Under the pieces are notes generated by a model that ran no database searches, was not told the DNA's origin, and saw only the letters and a program-made list of their open reading frames with translations. This document shows positions 62,878-64,000 of a DNA stretch of 64,000 nt, in pieces. The DNA lies in sequence record SRR22947725_833; one strand, 5' to 3'. Position numbers and translations under genes: made by a program. Numbering within the stretch: the first letter of the stretch is position 1; each line of letters starts with the position of its first letter.

Positions 62878-64000
62878 CTAGTGATCCATTCCCTGGACAA
62901 AATCGACTATAACAGACGGCTTCAAAGGAGTATAATACTCATTAGCAAAAGTAATCGACTTTTCTTTTTCAGGATTTTTTTTCAATGCCGAACCAGAAAT
63001 ATCACATTTTATTAAATCTGCGAGTTGAGAGCTCGAATCCACAATTTTTCGATAAGTAATTGAGTTTGGCACCGGATCATTAACTTTAATACTTTCATCC
63101 CCATTGAAGTATATTGGCCTTAAACCATGAGACATACCATAAAATACAACACTTGACGCTCGGTATAGCAACCAAGTTGCACTTTCAATATCTTTCTCTA
63201 AAGGGTCTGCTGATATCAAAAAATTTTTAGGTAGACTCGTAAGTTTCGGAATATAGCGTTTTATTTTATTTATAGTTATCAAGGGATGAAGACGTAGAAC
63301 AAACTTTACCCAAGGTAAAGTTTTTGCAGTTTCAATTCCAACTTCTGCCATAATACGAACTTCATTTATATCGCCTTCTGGGATTATCAAACACAAATTG
63401 TATTTTAATTTAAAAGGTAAATCTTGATTTACTTTAACATGCTTAACACTCCCAAGCACTGCAATACACTCAGGTTTATACTCTGATTCGTTTCTAAAAA
63501 TTTGTTGCGTAGTCTTTCCCGCCATCATTATTATATCTGGGTCAGCACCATTTCCATAAGTAAAATCTATTGCCCTAGGACCAGGAAATAAAACAGCGTG
63601 GTGGTAACCAATTACCTTTATTGGTTTTGATTGGGAATGTGCGGAAAGCGCATTCATCCTCTCCCAACCATGACCCTCAAATGTTTGCACTAAAACTTTT
63701 GGATTTAACTTTAATAACATAGTATTGACTTGCTCGTGTATCCTGGCATTGGCAATGGCTCTATGGTCAAATTGAGATAAGCTTGCACATTTAAAAAACT
63801 TCCTATTTCCAAGGTTAGGTAAAGAAAATGAAGCCAAAAATAACTTCATAAATATTTTCAGCTCTTCCAGTGGGGACAAATATGCTAAGAGTATAGATGA
63901 ATCTTTATTTTTATAGTTTTTTATAGTTTTTCTTGTTGCCTTACAGTGGTTTATTAAAAGCGTATATGGTTTTAAACCATTATCTCTACAAACAGAACTA
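62878..64000 (-). CDS. Hypothetical polysaccharide-locus protein (partial, 5' end outside window)
   Basis: The frame stays open from 63879 to the window edge (SSVCRDNGLKPYTLL...). LRLHP and SSVV..G..G.RP resemble GT-B capsule-biosynthesis proteins. Confidence 0.65.
   Translation of the reverse strand, partial: SSVCRDNGLKPYTLLINHCKATRKTIKNYKNKDSSILLAYLSPLEELKIFMKLFLASFSLPNLGNRKFFKCASLSQFDHRAIANARIHEQVNTMLLKLNPKVLVQTFEGHGWERMNALSAHSQSKPIKVIGYHHAVLFPGPRAIDFTYGNGADPDIIMMAGKTTQQIFRNESEYKPECIAVLGSVKHVKVNQDLPFKLKYNLCLIIPEGDINEVRIMAEVGIETAKTLPWVKFVLRLHPLITINKIKRYIPKLTSLPKNFLISADPLEKDIESATWLLYRASSVVFYGMSHGLRPIYFNGDESIKVNDPVPNSITYRKIVDSSSQLADLIKCDISGSALKKNPEKEKSITFANEYYTPLKPSVIVDFVQGMDH

Overview
AT-rich chromosomal segment (GC roughly mid-30s percent by eye, not computed) of a marine alphaproteobacterium. 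The proteins and gene orders (uvrB next to an ETC complex I subunit; class I lysS-terB-dacB-nadD-ettA; mutM-ech-rpsT-dnaA-dnaN-recF-gyrB with divergent ubiE-ubiB) look Rhodobacteraceae/Roseobacter-like. Left to right: (1) N-methylglutamate methylamine genes mgsABC-gmaS, with gmaS cut by the window edge and missing from the ORF track; (2) a housekeeping block; (3) a hydantoinase/oxoprolinase A+B, FAD oxidoreductase, uronate-dehydrogenase-like operon; (4) a taurine cluster tauABC-tpa-xsc-pta, whose TauC permease carries a very large soluble insertion, running directly into a sulfur-oxidiser-type sat-aprMBA module plus two trailing genes; (5) gabD followed by a degenerate M19 dipeptidase homologue, a 547-aa unknown protein and a DUF3726-like gene; (6) the replication cluster; (7) a catabolic patch with an atypical enolase-superfamily enzyme, an acyl-CoA ligase, an NAD-type class II HMG-CoA reductase and an FAH-family hydratase; (8) the start of a surface-polysaccharide locus. 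I saw no rRNA, tRNA, CRISPR array, transposase, integrase or phage gene. The best candidates for something undescribed are the taurine-to-APS sulfite oxidation cluster, the oversized TauC, and the dipeptidase-like/unknown/DUF3726 operon. All calls come from motif recognition by eye; no database searches were run.
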